A stretch of 64,000 bases of DNA from Bacteroidales bacterium. GTDB taxonomy: Bacteria > Bacteroidota > Bacteroidia > Bacteroidales > GCA-2711565. The translations under genes were made by a program, and so were the position numbers. Where the stretch lies: the NCBI GenBank assembly GCA_963675215.1, contig OY775914.1, forward strand, positions 1,243,779 to 1,307,778, read 5' to 3'. Positions 29,288 through 39,847 of this stretch are shown piece by piece (position 1 is the first letter of the stretch; each line of letters opens with the position of its first letter). The notes under the pieces were generated by a model. The model saw nothing but the letters and a program-made list of their open reading frames with translations. It was not told where the DNA came from and ran no database searches.

Positions 29288-30214
29288 TCATATTTTAAAC
29301 CCAAAGACTTTCAAGCGCTTGGCATTAACTAATAATACGCCGAGTAATATCATTAAAATCCATAGGATATAAACCAATCCGAATTGTTCGCCATCAACGA
29401 TGCCCCAGAAAAATGCAACAATGGGAATTAAATAAGTAACCGATGATGCAAAAATTACCGTATTGATTTTTATTAGATAATTAAAAAAGATAAGCGCGAT
29501 AGCTGTTCCAAAAATGGCAAGTGTTGCGATATAAACCAGTCCCATCCAAAAGTTTGGATCGGTATGGTATTGCTCAATGAAAGGGGTTGAGGTGAATAAG
29601 TAAATCAATGTGGGTAATCCAAAAATAAAAAAAGAAAAAATAGTGATGGTAAAGGAATCAATTTCTTTTAAAAAACTTTTAATCATGTTCCCGTTTAAGG
29701 CGTATAAAATAGTAGCTACAATTATGTATGAAGCATAGCCCAAATTAAACTGAAAACTTGCATTTCCTGAAACAGAAATAAGACCGATAGCACCCAGTAA
29801 TCCAATAAAAACACCAAGCGTATTAAACCATTTAACTTTTACATTGAAAAAAGAAAGTCCAACCAATAAGGTGAAGAGGGGTGTAAGAGAGTTTAAAACA
29901 CCTGCTGTGGCACTGTCGATGCCATGCTGAGCCATTGGGAACAAAAAGGCAGGAGCTGTGCTACACACTCCTACAATGAATAAAACAAGCCAATGTTTTT
30001 TTTGAATTTTTTTAAATCGTTTAAAAGCAAAAGGCATCAATACCAAAAAGGCGATGCCTACCCTCAGGCACCCAACCTGCATGCTTGAGAATACAGTTAT
30101 TCCTTTCTTAATTAAAATAAAGGAACTGCCCCAGGTTATCATTAATGAAAGCAGAATGATCCAGGAAATGATTTCGCTTTTTGAAATTTTAATCATTGTT
30201 ATTTTTGAAAGCAC
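29288..30214 (-). CDS. DMT/EamA family transporter
   Basis: TWGSSFILIK and ASSVTYLIPIVA; about 10 TM segments. Confidence 0.88.
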   Translation of the reverse strand: MLSKITMIKISKSEIISWIILLSLMITWGSSFILIKKGITVFSSMQVGCLRVGIAFLVLMPFAFKRFKKIQKKHWLVLFIVGVCSTAPAFLFPMAQHGIDSATAGVLNSLTPLFTLLVGLSFFNVKVKWFNTLGVFIGLLGAIGLISVSGNASFQFNLGYASYIIVATILYALNGNMIKSFLKEIDSFTITIFSFFIFGLPTLIYLFTSTPFIEQYHTDPNFWMGLVYIATLAIFGTAIALIFFNYLIKINTVIFASSVTYLIPIVAFFWGIVDGEQFGLVYILWILMILLGVLLVNAKRLKVFGFKI

Positions 30215-30275
30215 AAAGATAGAATTTTAAATGTTCGCTAAAAGCACTATAATTTTTCTATCGTCATCAAATTAA

Positions 30276-30283
30276 TATCTTTG
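30276..30283 (+). promoter_or_regulatory. Bacteroidota -7 promoter box (TATCTTTG)
   Basis: TAnnTTTG match 19 bp before ATG 30303. Confidence 0.6.
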
Positions 30284-30302
30284 CAGCGCTAAGCAAAAAT
30301 TA

Positions 30303-32252
30303 ATGATTACTGTAAATAATATCGGATTGAGTTTTTCAGGTAATATTTTATTTGAAAATATTACCTTTTTAATCAATACCAACGATCGGATTGGTTTGGT
30401 TGGGAAAAATGGAGCCGGAAAAACGACCATTTTAAAAATTATTGCTGGTGAATTGCCAACAAATTCGGGTGAAATTGTTACACCTTCTGATATGGCATTT
30501 GGCTACTTACCCCAGGAGATGAAGATTGTAAGTACCCGGTCAATTTACGACGAAACACTGACAGCGTTTAAAGAGATTAGGCAGATAGAAAAAAACATCG
30601 AAAATTTAACGCAGCAAATACAAAATCGTACAGATTACGAAAGTCAGGATTATCTCAAAATTATTGATGAGTTAGCCAAAGAAAACGAGAAGTTTCAAAT
30701 ATTCGGAGGTACTTCAGCTCAGGCTGATGTAGAAAAGGTTTTAAAAGGCCTCGGGTTTAGTCAAAATGATTTAACAAGATCAATTATTGAGTTTAGCAAC
30801 GGTTGGCAAATGCGGGTTGAACTGGCAAAAATTCTACTCCGACGACCACCTTGCTTACTGCTTGATGAGCCAACAAATCACCTCGATATTGAATCCATTC
30901 AATGGCTTGAAGATTATTTGATTAATTATCCCGGCGCATTGGTTCTGGTTTCGCACGACAGGGCTTTTTTGGATAATGTAACGAAGCGAACCATTGAAAT
31001 TACCCAAGGCAAGATTTACGATTACAAGGCATCTTATTCAACGTATGTTCAGTTAAGAGAAGAACGATTAGATCAACAAACCTCTGCTTACAACAATCAA
31101 CAGAAACAGATTAAACAAGTTGAACGGTTTATTGAACGATTCAGGTATAAAAACACCAAATCGAAACAGGTGCAATCAAAAATAAAACACCTGGATAAAA
31201 TGGATAAAATTGACATCGAAGAGATTGATCAATCGGCCATTCATTTCCGATTTCCACCCGCCCCTCCGGCAGGCAAAATTGTTGTAGAAACAAATAAACT
31301 ATCTAAATCTTATGGAGATAAAAAAGTGCTAAGTGACATTAATTTTCTGGCTTTAAGTGGCGAAAAAATTGCTTTCGTTGGGAAGAATGGCGAGGGTAAA
31401 ACTACGCTTGCAAAGATTATTGCCGAAACTTTGGATTATGAGGGTGAATTAAAACCCGGCTACAATGTTGAAATGGGTTATTATGCCCAGAACCAGTGGG
31501 AGATGTTAGATCCAAATCTTACGGTTTTCGAAACAGTTGATGAAGTTGCCAGAGGGGATATCAGAACCAGATTAAAAGGATTGCTGGGAAGCTTTTTATT
31601 TAGCGGCGAAGATATTGATAAAAAAGTAAAAGTCTTATCCGGTGGTGAAAAATCCAGATTGTCTTTAGCTAAACTACTGCTTTCTCCGGCTAATTTATTG
31701 ATTTTGGATGAGCCGACCAATCACCTTGATATGCGATCCAAAGACATCCTTAAAAGCGCTTTGTTGATGTACGAAGGGGCCTTGATCATTGTTTCGCACG
31801 ACCGGGATTTTTTACAAGGGTTAACCACCAGGGTGATTGAATTTAAAAATCAAACCATTAAAGAATATATTGGCGATATCTATTATTTTTTGGAGAAGAA
31901 AAAAATAGAAAATCTTTCGGAGCTTAATGCAGCTTCAAAAAATTTGCAATCGAAAGATAAAACACAATCGGATAATAAATTAAAATACGAGCAGAAGAAA
32001 GAACTCGAAAGAAGTATTCGCAAGATTAATACGCAAATAGAAAAGCAGGAATCGAGCATTGAAAAAATTGAAAATGAAATTGAAGCGCTTGATAACAAAC
32101 TTGCCTCTCCAGATCAGTATCAGGATGAAATTAATTCAGGTGAACTATACAAGAATTACAATGATTTGAAAAATAAACTCAATTCTGAAATGAAGCGTTG
32201 GGAAGAATTGCAGTATGAGTTAGAGATTAGTGAATCAAAATTAGATTCTTAA
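30303..32252 (+). CDS. ABC-F family ATP-binding protein
   Basis: Two NBDs (GKNGAGKTT, GKNGEGKTT), FSNGWQMR, LSGGEKSR and DEPTNHLD twice; no TM segments; C-terminal coiled coil. Confidence 0.92.
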   Translation: MITVNNIGLSFSGNILFENITFLINTNDRIGLVGKNGAGKTTILKIIAGELPTNSGEIVTPSDMAFGYLPQEMKIVSTRSIYDETLTAFKEIRQIEKNIENLTQQIQNRTDYESQDYLKIIDELAKENEKFQIFGGTSAQADVEKVLKGLGFSQNDLTRSIIEFSNGWQMRVELAKILLRRPPCLLLDEPTNHLDIESIQWLEDYLINYPGALVLVSHDRAFLDNVTKRTIEITQGKIYDYKASYSTYVQLREERLDQQTSAYNNQQKQIKQVERFIERFRYKNTKSKQVQSKIKHLDKMDKIDIEEIDQSAIHFRFPPAPPAGKIVVETNKLSKSYGDKKVLSDINFLALSGEKIAFVGKNGEGKTTLAKIIAETLDYEGELKPGYNVEMGYYAQNQWEMLDPNLTVFETVDEVARGDIRTRLKGLLGSFLFSGEDIDKKVKVLSGGEKSRLSLAKLLLSPANLLILDEPTNHLDMRSKDILKSALLMYEGALIIVSHDRDFLQGLTTRVIEFKNQTIKEYIGDIYYFLEKKKIENLSELNAASKNLQSKDKTQSDNKLKYEQKKELERSIRKINTQIEKQESSIEKIENEIEALDNKLASPDQYQDEINSGELYKNYNDLKNKLNSEMKRWEELQYELEISESKLDS

Positions 32253-32260
32253 TAATCCGA

Positions 32261-32337
32261 CTCATTCCGAAGTCCCGCCTGAACGGATGGGCAGTTATTT
32301 CGGAATCTCAGCTTCTCAAATCAGATCCTGAAACAAG
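32261..32337. repeat. Degenerate composite REP-like element
   Basis: ATTCCGAA/TTCGGAAT inverted pair (32264-32271, 32299-32306) around a GC-rich insert, then AGATCCTGAAACAAG; lies between convergent genes. Confidence 0.5.
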
Positions 32338-32383
32338 CTAGTTAACCTGTAGATCAAGTATGATGCAGTCAGATTAGAAAAGC

Positions 32384-33358
32384 TTAGTAATCTCTTTTAA
32401 TCAACCTATCTGCCAATATTTTCAATTCATTTTTACTATTGGCATTCACGTCAATTTTATCAAGGTAAAGCAGTGCTTTATCGTAATAGCGATAAATCTC
32501 ATTCTGTACATGCTTATCAACATCCAATTCAACATAAACCTTTTTAATTTGTTTAATTTTAAGTTTTTGGTTAGGATGATTCTGAATGAAATTGTTGTTC
32601 AATAATTCGAGTGATTCACCTTTGGCCAACTCAAAAGCTTTTAAATAGAGGTAGGTTTTTTTGTTGGTGATGATATCACCACCGGTTTGCTTTCCGAATT
32701 TTTCTTCATCCCCAAAAACATCTAATAAATCATCCTGAAGTTGAAATGCCATCCCCAAATGTTCACCAAAACAATAAATATTGTCGATGTTTTCCGGAGT
32801 AGTTTCGCCGATAATTGCTCCAATTTTTAAGCTGGCACCAAGAAATACCGCAGTTTTTAAGCGAATCATGTCCAGATAATCTTCGATGGTTACATTGGCT
32901 TGATCTTCGTAATTCATGTCCAATTGCTGACCTTCGCATACTTCAATGGCTGTTTTATTAAAAACCGCTAAGATTTCAGCTAAAAATTTAGGATTTGTTT
33001 TGGTGATGTATTTATAGGCTAAAGCGAACATGGTGTCGCCCGATAAAATGGCGATATTCGGATTCCACTTTCGATAAACAGTTTCTTTCCCACGTCGTAT
33101 AGGGGCATCGTCCATAATGTCGTCGTGAAGCAAAGTGAAATTATGAAAGATCTCTATTCCCATTGACGGGTTGATGATGTTTTCATATTCGCCCCCAAAA
33201 ATATTACATGAAAGCATGGCCATAACTGGTCGGATACGCTTTCCTCCTAAGTTTAAAGTATAGGCGATGGGTTGATATAATTCTTTAGGTTCAAATGCAA
33301 AATTTTGATCATTTAAAAATGCATTAAACTTATCAAGATGGTATTCAAAATTCCGCAT
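32384..33358 (-). CDS. Polyprenyl synthetase (GGPP/FPP synthase family)
   Basis: GGKRIRP, HDDIMD (FARM), GQQLD, KTA and FQLQDDLLD (SARM). Confidence 0.92.
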   Translation of the reverse strand: MRNFEYHLDKFNAFLNDQNFAFEPKELYQPIAYTLNLGGKRIRPVMAMLSCNIFGGEYENIINPSMGIEIFHNFTLLHDDIMDDAPIRRGKETVYRKWNPNIAILSGDTMFALAYKYITKTNPKFLAEILAVFNKTAIEVCEGQQLDMNYEDQANVTIEDYLDMIRLKTAVFLGASLKIGAIIGETTPENIDNIYCFGEHLGMAFQLQDDLLDVFGDEEKFGKQTGGDIITNKKTYLYLKAFELAKGESLELLNNNFIQNHPNQKLKIKQIKKVYVELDVDKHVQNEIYRYYDKALLYLDKIDVNANSKNELKILADRLIKRDY

Positions 33359-33365
33359 TCTTCTC

Positions 33366-34232
33366 TTATCCTTTTAGCAAATTCAATAAATAATTGCCAT
33401 AACCGCTTTTAAGCAGTGGTTGAGCAAGTTTTTCAAGTTGGGCAGCATCAATAAATTTACGTCGAAATGCGATTTCTTCGATACAGCCAATTTTTAATCC
33501 TTGTCGGCTTTCGATTACTTCAACATATTGCCCGGCTTGCAACAACGATTCAAAAGTACCTGTATCAAGCCATGCTGTTCCACGACTAATAATTCCTACT
33601 TTTAATTTTCCTTCCTTCAAATAATGCTTGTTTACGTCCGTAATTTCATATTCACCCCGTGCACTTGGTTTAAGGTTTTTAGCAATTTCTACCACTGAAT
33701 TATCATAAAAATACAAACCCGGAACTGCATAATTCGATTTTGGAATTTTTGGCTTTTCTTCAATTGAGATGGCCTTAAACTCCTCGTCAAACTCAACTAC
33801 ACCATACCGTTCAGGGTCATTCACATGATAGGCAAAAACAGTTCCGCCATCGATGTTTTTGGCACTTTCGAGAAGGAGGTTTTGCATGCCACTTCCATAA
33901 AAAATATTATCTCCTAAAACCAAGGAAACGCTGTCATTACCAATAAAATCTGCACCCAAAACAAAAGCTTGTGCCAAACCATTAGGGATTTTTTGTTCAA
34001 CATACGAAAATTTACAACCAATTTGAGACCCGTCACCCAAAAGTTTTTCAAAATTAGGCAGGTCTTCAGGCGTTGAAATAATTAAAATTTCATTGATATT
34101 TGCCATCATTAAAATGGATAGCGGATAATAAATCATAGGTTTATCATAAACCGGCATGAGTTGTTTACTAACTGCTAAAGTGAGCGGGTGTAAACGGGTT
34201 CCTGATCCTCCTGCTAAAATTATTCCTTTCAT
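33366..34232 (-). CDS. rfbA: Glucose-1-phosphate thymidylyltransferase
   Basis: [31 protein letters not shown] and WLDTGT. Confidence 0.96.
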   Translation of the reverse strand: MKGIILAGGSGTRLHPLTLAVSKQLMPVYDKPMIYYPLSILMMANINEILIISTPEDLPNFEKLLGDGSQIGCKFSYVEQKIPNGLAQAFVLGADFIGNDSVSLVLGDNIFYGSGMQNLLLESAKNIDGGTVFAYHVNDPERYGVVEFDEEFKAISIEEKPKIPKSNYAVPGLYFYDNSVVEIAKNLKPSARGEYEITDVNKHYLKEGKLKVGIISRGTAWLDTGTFESLLQAGQYVEVIESRQGLKIGCIEEIAFRRKFIDAAQLEKLAQPLLKSGYGNYLLNLLKG

Positions 34233-34236
34233 GTTG

Positions 34237-34345
34237 TAGATGTTAGATGTTAGACTTTAGACGCTAGATGAGCAACGATTAAAGCCTATTCTTTGTTAGT
34301 TAAATTTCTATTTAGTCTAATTTCTAAAGTCTTAATTCTAATGTC
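34237..34345. repeat. Facing heptamer arrays (TAGAnnn x5 and TCTAnnn-like x4)
   Basis: TAGATGT TAGATGT TAGACTT TAGACGC TAGATGA at 34237-34271; TCTAATT TCTAAAG TCTTAAT TCTAATG near 34316-34343. Confidence 0.7.
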
Positions 34346-34351
34346 TGTTTT

Positions 34352-36754
34352 TTATGCTGAACCTCTGGTATCCAGGTTTTCAATTTCCAGATGATCGATT
34401 TCTATATCTTCTTCTTCATCAAATATAATAAGTAATGGTTCTTTGAATTTCTTAGTTGTGATAAATTTATCTAAAGTTAATAAAAGTGATGGTAAGATAA
34501 ATAAATTTGATAGTAATGCCACTACTAAAGTGAACGAGATTAAGTAGCCAAGTGCCTCTGTCCCTCCAAAATTTGAAAGGGTAAATATCGCAAATCCAAA
34601 AAAGAGAACCACAGATGAGTAAATCATACTGTAACCGGTTTCACGTAAAGCGGCTACGACAGATTCTTTAATGTTCCAATTGTTAAGCTTTAGCTGAAGT
34701 CGATAGCGCGACAAAAAATGAATGGCATTGTCAACAGAAATTCCTAATGCAATACTAAAAATTAGAATGGTTGATGGTTTTATTGAGATTAGGAAAAATC
34801 CCATCATTCCGGCTGTCATCAATTGAGGAATTAAATTTGGAATAAGTGAAATTCCGATCATTCTGGCAGAGGTAAATAATAAAGCCATTAATGCCGAGAT
34901 GATGATCAGCGCAAGTAATAAACTTGTCATTAAATTTTTTACCAGATAGTTGGTTCCTTTTAAAAAAACGACACTCGTTCCGGTTACCGTTACCTCATAT
35001 TTATCGGGCGGAAAAATCTTGTCAATTTCAGGAAGCAGCTTATCCATGATTTTTTTAATCTCCATGGTGCCTATATTTGCCATTTGTACACTAATTCGTG
35101 TCGTTTGTAAATCCTGATCAACAAAAGAATTTAAGATGGTTTTTTCACCTCCATCAACATCCGGAACATAAGAAAGGATAAAGTTTTTTTCCTGACTGTT
35201 AGGCAAGGCATACATTTTTTCATTGCCCTTATAAAAAGCCTGCTTGGCAAATTTTACTACTTCCGATATTGAAAGCGGTTTTGACAATTCAGGATAGGTA
35301 GCCAGAACTTCCTGTAATTGTTCAATTTTTTGAATATTTGAGAGGCGCATTACGCCTTTCTTCTTTTTGGTATCAATGGTGATTTCCAGGGGCATCACCC
35401 CTTTAAAATGTTCTTCAAAAAAGATTAAATCTTTATAAAGTTGATCCTTTTTTGAAATGTCATCTACAATATTCCCGGTGGTTTTAAGCTTGCTGATGCC
35501 AATAAACCCAATCACTAAAATGATTCCTGCAATGGTATAAATAATGGTTCTTCGATACAATACAATAGTCACTACTTTTTCAATAATTTTCCCAACATTA
35601 CTTTTCTCCATATGTTTGGTATGGCGTTTCGAAGGTGGAGGCAAATAGCTAAAAAAGATGGGGATCAAAAACAAAGTAAGCACAAAAGCAAATAAAATAT
35701 TGATAGATGCCACCACTCCAAATTCGACTAAAATTTTATTTCCGGTAACGATAAAGGCGGCAAAACCTGCAGCAGTTGTAGCGTTGGTTAACAAATTCGC
35801 ATTTCCAATTCGTTGAACAACCCTCGAAAGTGCCTTCACTTTATTGCCGTGGTTCATGTATTCGTTATGGTATTTGTTAAGGAGAAAAATGCAATTTTCA
35901 ACCACGATTACGATCAACAGTGGTGGTAAAATCCCTGTCAGCATGGTTATTTTATAACCCAATAATGAGATGCTTCCCATTACCCAAACAACATTAATTA
36001 CAACAATGAGGATGGTAAAAAATACCACTTTTATGGAACGGAAGAAAATTAGCAAAATGATCGATGCAATGATTAAAGCCCCATAAATAAATAACTGTAG
36101 CTCGTCTTCTACCATTTTTGAAGTAATGGTTCGGATATAGGGTAGCCCGGAATACCGGATTGGGATATTGTGTTTTTTACTAAAAATTTCAACGGTTTCC
36201 TTGATATCGTAAATCAATCCTACACGACTTTTGGTGTTTAATTTTTGTTTATCGAGTGTGATCATCATCATGGTTACATTGGTTTCTTTATTAAAAAGTA
36301 AACCTTCGTAAAAGGGTAGTGAATAAATTATTTCTTTGATGCTGTCAAGTTCTTGCTGAGAGGTTGGTCGATCACTGATAAGTGGGTCGAAATCAAACTT
36401 CTTTTTTTCATCGTTACGAATCAATTGATAGAGTTTAGCCACCGAAACAACTTCCTCAACACCGTCAATTTCTTTTAGTTTATGAGTTAAATCATACCAG
36501 TCGTTGAATTCATCCAACTGAAATAGTTTATCGTCTTGTACACCCACAAAAAATACAGATCCATCCTGACCAAATTTTTGTTTGAAGTTTTCATAATCGA
36601 TGCTGGCCGAATCAGTTGCAGGCAGCATTTTAACCATTTCGTAAGAGAGTTGAATCTGGGTAGCTTGGTAGCCCATAAAAGCGGTTATCAAACCGATGAT
36701 GATCAAATTGGCCAGTCGATTTCTAAGAATGATTCTAACTAAATATTTCCACAT
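34352..36754 (-). CDS. MMPL/RND family transporter
   Basis: Two repeats of periplasmic domain plus TM bundle; SGLPYIR, TGTSVVF and GISVDNAIH. Confidence 0.88.
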   Translation of the reverse strand: MWKYLVRIILRNRLANLIIIGLITAFMGYQATQIQLSYEMVKMLPATDSASIDYENFKQKFGQDGSVFFVGVQDDKLFQLDEFNDWYDLTHKLKEIDGVEEVVSVAKLYQLIRNDEKKKFDFDPLISDRPTSQQELDSIKEIIYSLPFYEGLLFNKETNVTMMMITLDKQKLNTKSRVGLIYDIKETVEIFSKKHNIPIRYSGLPYIRTITSKMVEDELQLFIYGALIIASIILLIFFRSIKVVFFTILIVVINVVWVMGSISLLGYKITMLTGILPPLLIVIVVENCIFLLNKYHNEYMNHGNKVKALSRVVQRIGNANLLTNATTAAGFAAFIVTGNKILVEFGVVASINILFAFVLTLFLIPIFFSYLPPPSKRHTKHMEKSNVGKIIEKVVTIVLYRRTIIYTIAGIILVIGFIGISKLKTTGNIVDDISKKDQLYKDLIFFEEHFKGVMPLEITIDTKKKKGVMRLSNIQKIEQLQEVLATYPELSKPLSISEVVKFAKQAFYKGNEKMYALPNSQEKNFILSYVPDVDGGEKTILNSFVDQDLQTTRISVQMANIGTMEIKKIMDKLLPEIDKIFPPDKYEVTVTGTSVVFLKGTNYLVKNLMTSLLLALIIISALMALLFTSARMIGISLIPNLIPQLMTAGMMGFFLISIKPSTILIFSIALGISVDNAIHFLSRYRLQLKLNNWNIKESVVAALRETGYSMIYSSVVLFFGFAIFTLSNFGGTEALGYLISFTLVVALLSNLFILPSLLLTLDKFITTKKFKEPLLIIFDEEEDIEIDHLEIENLDTRGSA

Positions 36755-36974
36755 GCTTTTTGCTTCTCAAATAATAGATTTAAACGACTGGTTTTTACCT
36801 GTTTACTTTTTTAAGTGTTTCATTTCCAGGGTTGCCGAAATTAGCAAAATTATCTGGAATAGAAAAATTAAAGCCCGAAAGAATGAGAAGAATTATTTTT
36901 TTTAACAGCTTGATCAACATGAGATTTGTGTTTTTTATGAAGAATTTCCCTAAATCTGTCAATGACTTAATTCT

Positions 36975-36982
36975 TATCTTTG
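36975..36982 (+). promoter_or_regulatory. Bacteroidota -7 promoter box (TATCTTTG)
   Basis: TAnnTTTG match 10 bp before the ATG at 36993. Confidence 0.6.
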
Positions 36983-36992
36983 CCATAATTAT

Positions 36993-37925
36993 ATGATCAT
37001 GAAGAAAATCCTATTTGTTGATGAAACCCATGAAGTGTTGAAAAAAAGTTTTGAAAAACTGCGATTTCAATGCGATTTAAAACCAAATATCTTGAAAACG
37101 GATGATCCTTTAGCTGATTATCTGGGGATAATTGTAAGAAGTAAGAAGATTACAAAAGAGGTTTTGTTACGTGCAGAAAATCTAAAGTTTATCGGAAGGG
37201 TAGGGGCAGGAATGGAAAATATTGACCTTAAATTTGCTGAGCAGAGAGGAGTGAAATGTTTTAATGCCCCGGAAGGTAGCCGCGATGCGGTAGGTGAACA
37301 TACCGTTTCTTTGTTGTTGGCATTGATGAATAAAATTGTTTCGGCTGATGCTGAAGTAAGAAAAGGGATTTGGAACCGAAATGGAAACTGGGGTACTGAA
37401 ATTAAAGGTAAAACGATTGGTATTATCGGTTACGGGAACATGGGCAGTAGTTTTGCAGAAAAAATCAGCGGTTTTGGAGCCAAGGTAATCGCTTACGACA
37501 AATATAAATTCAATTATTCTAATCGTTTTGTTCAGGAAACAACTTTAGAAGGTGTTTTTGATAACGCTGACATTTTAAGTTTGCATGTACCCATCACAGA
37601 AGAAACTCATTTTATGGTTAACGATGCTTTTTTAAAAAAGTTTAAGAAGCCCATTGTGTTACTAAATACCGCCAGAGGTGAGGTTTTAAAAACCACCGAC
37701 TTGGTAAAGCATTTAAAAACGGGTAAAGTGTTAGGTGCCGGGCTAGATGTTTTGGAATACGAAAAACATGCGTTTGAAAAATTGGAAAGTTTACCCGAAG
37801 ATTTCCAGTTTTTAGCTAATTCTAAAAATGTAGTTTTTAGCCCGCATGTTGCTGGATGGACCAATGAATCCTACCGAAAATTAGCAGAGGTTTTGTTCGA
37901 GAAGATTAAGAAAACACTTGACTAA
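36993..37925 (+). CDS. D-2-hydroxyacid dehydrogenase (phosphoglycerate dehydrogenase-like)
   Basis: RVGAGMENID, GIIGYGNMG, LLNTARG, GLDVLE and SPHVAG. Confidence 0.88.
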   Translation: MIMKKILFVDETHEVLKKSFEKLRFQCDLKPNILKTDDPLADYLGIIVRSKKITKEVLLRAENLKFIGRVGAGMENIDLKFAEQRGVKCFNAPEGSRDAVGEHTVSLLLALMNKIVSADAEVRKGIWNRNGNWGTEIKGKTIGIIGYGNMGSSFAEKISGFGAKVIAYDKYKFNYSNRFVQETTLEGVFDNADILSLHVPITEETHFMVNDAFLKKFKKPIVLLNTARGEVLKTTDLVKHLKTGKVLGAGLDVLEYEKHAFEKLESLPEDFQFLANSKNVVFSPHVAGWTNESYRKLAEVLFEKIKKTLD

Positions 37926-38010
37926 AATCACCATTAGATTAATGATCTTTTCTTCATGATTTTATTAGAAGATTGAAATCAAATAAGTAATAAATAGATT
38001 ATTGCATATC

Positions 38011-38589
38011 TTATCGAATTGTCAAATATCGATTTACTCTTTTTTTGTATTCCAAATATGTGCTTCCATGTTTTAATTCCAAATATTTTTCCTCTTCTAG
38101 AATTATATAATGAAATACAAAGATTAAGCATAAGTATAAAATTATCAAGATAATAGAAGGGAAATAAAACAAATACCCCAAAAATAGAATATCATAAGAT
38201 AGAAAATAGGGATTCCTGCTAATCCGATAAACTCCTTGGGTAATTAATTCCGTTTTTTGATCGTATTGAATTGCAATTCGCCAAGAATTTTTCATTGCAA
38301 TAAAAGAAAGAATTCCTATTAAAAAACCTATTGATACAAGTACAAGGGCTATTATTTTAAATGAAGAAGATTCAGGAAAATTAATTTCTAAAATCCAGGC
38401 TGGTTTTAGGAAAATCAATCGGGACAAGATCAAGAGGTAGAACAGGGTTGACACCGAGAACGACAGGGTTAATTTTTTGGATTTCCCACCAATGCGTTGT
38501 TGAGTGGATAAATGGGTTTTAATGTTTTTAATCGCAAAAGCAGAAATAAAAAGTATCAGTATTAATCCGAGGTAAATTCTTTCAATCAT
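38011..38589 (-). CDS. Isoprenylcysteine carboxyl methyltransferase/PEMT-family membrane protein
   Basis: LITQGVYRISRNPYF, EEKYL..KHG..YLEYKKRVNRY. Confidence 0.82.
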   Translation of the reverse strand: MIERIYLGLILILFISAFAIKNIKTHLSTQQRIGGKSKKLTLSFSVSTLFYLLILSRLIFLKPAWILEINFPESSSFKIIALVLVSIGFLIGILSFIAMKNSWRIAIQYDQKTELITQGVYRISRNPYFLSYDILFLGYLFYFPSIILIILYLCLIFVFHYIILEEEKYLELKHGSTYLEYKKRVNRYLTIR

Positions 38590-38647
38590 TTGTATTAAAA
38601 TTTGTTTAAATTGATGCTTGGTGCAATTTCATCCCCTTTAATAGGTT

Positions 38648-39847
38648 TTATTGTTTAATCCCGTTTGCATAGGTTAGCGTTTTTTCTTTTTCCCCTTCGG
38701 TTGACCAATAAGTCCACACCCCGTCTTTAAGTCTGTTTTTAAATTGTCCTTCCACTTTAATGTTCCCACTTTTATCAAATTCAAAATATTTCCCATCTAT
38801 AATTTCAGGATCTAAGCTTGCATAATATGCAATCCCCTGGCGGATTCCATTCATGAAATAATCTTTAATTATAAAAGATTGAGTGAGCCCATCTTTTTCA
38901 ATTATTCGATAGAATTTGGCTTTGCTTAGATTAGTAGTAGGCTTCCAATATTTATCCAAAAAGATTTTCCCAACATTTTTTGAGAGAAATTCATCATCAT
39001 GAACCTCAATTCTTTTTCTGTCATCGATTGGATGTTTAATAAGCTCAGACAGATGGTAAGAATGTTTCCCTTTTTTTAATTCTTCGTTTAAACTAATTTT
39101 GGTAATCTGTGAGAAATTAGCATTTACGCTGATGTGAATGTCTCCGGTATTTAAATCGGCAACCGTTGAATAAATGGTTTTTGCGAAAATATTTTTTTGA
39201 GCTGTTTTTTTAAGAATTTCAAAAGCTTGTACTACCGATAAATCCGGCTTTATTAATAAGCGTTTTGCTTTCTTAAACCTGGAACTACCAATGTTATACC
39301 AATGAAATTTCTCAATATTTTGATGGTTTGAAATCCTGAAATTTGTGCAAAGCTGATAATGATTTTTTCTTTTTGTAACGGTTAATTCATTGTTTTTAGA
39401 AGTAAGGATCACACTTTCCCCGCTCTTATCTACCACCATCAACTGGGCAACCTGAAATCCGGCCCAATAATATTTTTCAAAGAGCTGGATTACTTCATCG
39501 ACATTGGCGCATTCTTCTAAAATTTTATAAAGTACATTACCTCCGATATTAAATTGGGAGTTGATCGGATGGGTTTTATCCTTGGGGTAGGCTCTCAAAC
39601 CATCCCAAAAGAGTCCTTGATCATTCAAACCCGATTGTAAAGAACCATCATATCCAAATAAAACATGACCATATCTGCCATCTTTTGCAGGGATGAACCA
39701 AAGCTTCGAATCTCGTTTTTTAAAATCTTCATTTCCTCCGATCAAGGTCCTGTTGCCATTGGTAATCATAAAAACGGTACAGGCATGCAAATGGAAACTT
39801 GTTTGCAATATAAAGACAAAAAGAATGATTGAAATTGTTTTTTTCAT
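38648..39847 (-). CDS. Secreted Ntn-hydrolase (C45/choloylglycine hydrolase-like) with a C-terminal MORN/YwqK-like domain
   Basis: Signal peptide followed by CTVF (N-terminal nucleophile Cys), GGNEDF, GLNDQGL, VVDKSG and TNF; C-terminal KDGVWTYW. Confidence 0.72.
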   Translation of the reverse strand: MKKTISIILFVFILQTSFHLHACTVFMITNGNRTLIGGNEDFKKRDSKLWFIPAKDGRYGHVLFGYDGSLQSGLNDQGLFWDGLRAYPKDKTHPINSQFNIGGNVLYKILEECANVDEVIQLFEKYYWAGFQVAQLMVVDKSGESVILTSKNNELTVTKRKNHYQLCTNFRISNHQNIEKFHWYNIGSSRFKKAKRLLIKPDLSVVQAFEILKKTAQKNIFAKTIYSTVADLNTGDIHISVNANFSQITKISLNEELKKGKHSYHLSELIKHPIDDRKRIEVHDDEFLSKNVGKIFLDKYWKPTTNLSKAKFYRIIEKDGLTQSFIIKDYFMNGIRQGIAYYASLDPEIIDGKYFEFDKSGNIKVEGQFKNRLKDGVWTYWSTEGEKEKTLTYANGIKQ

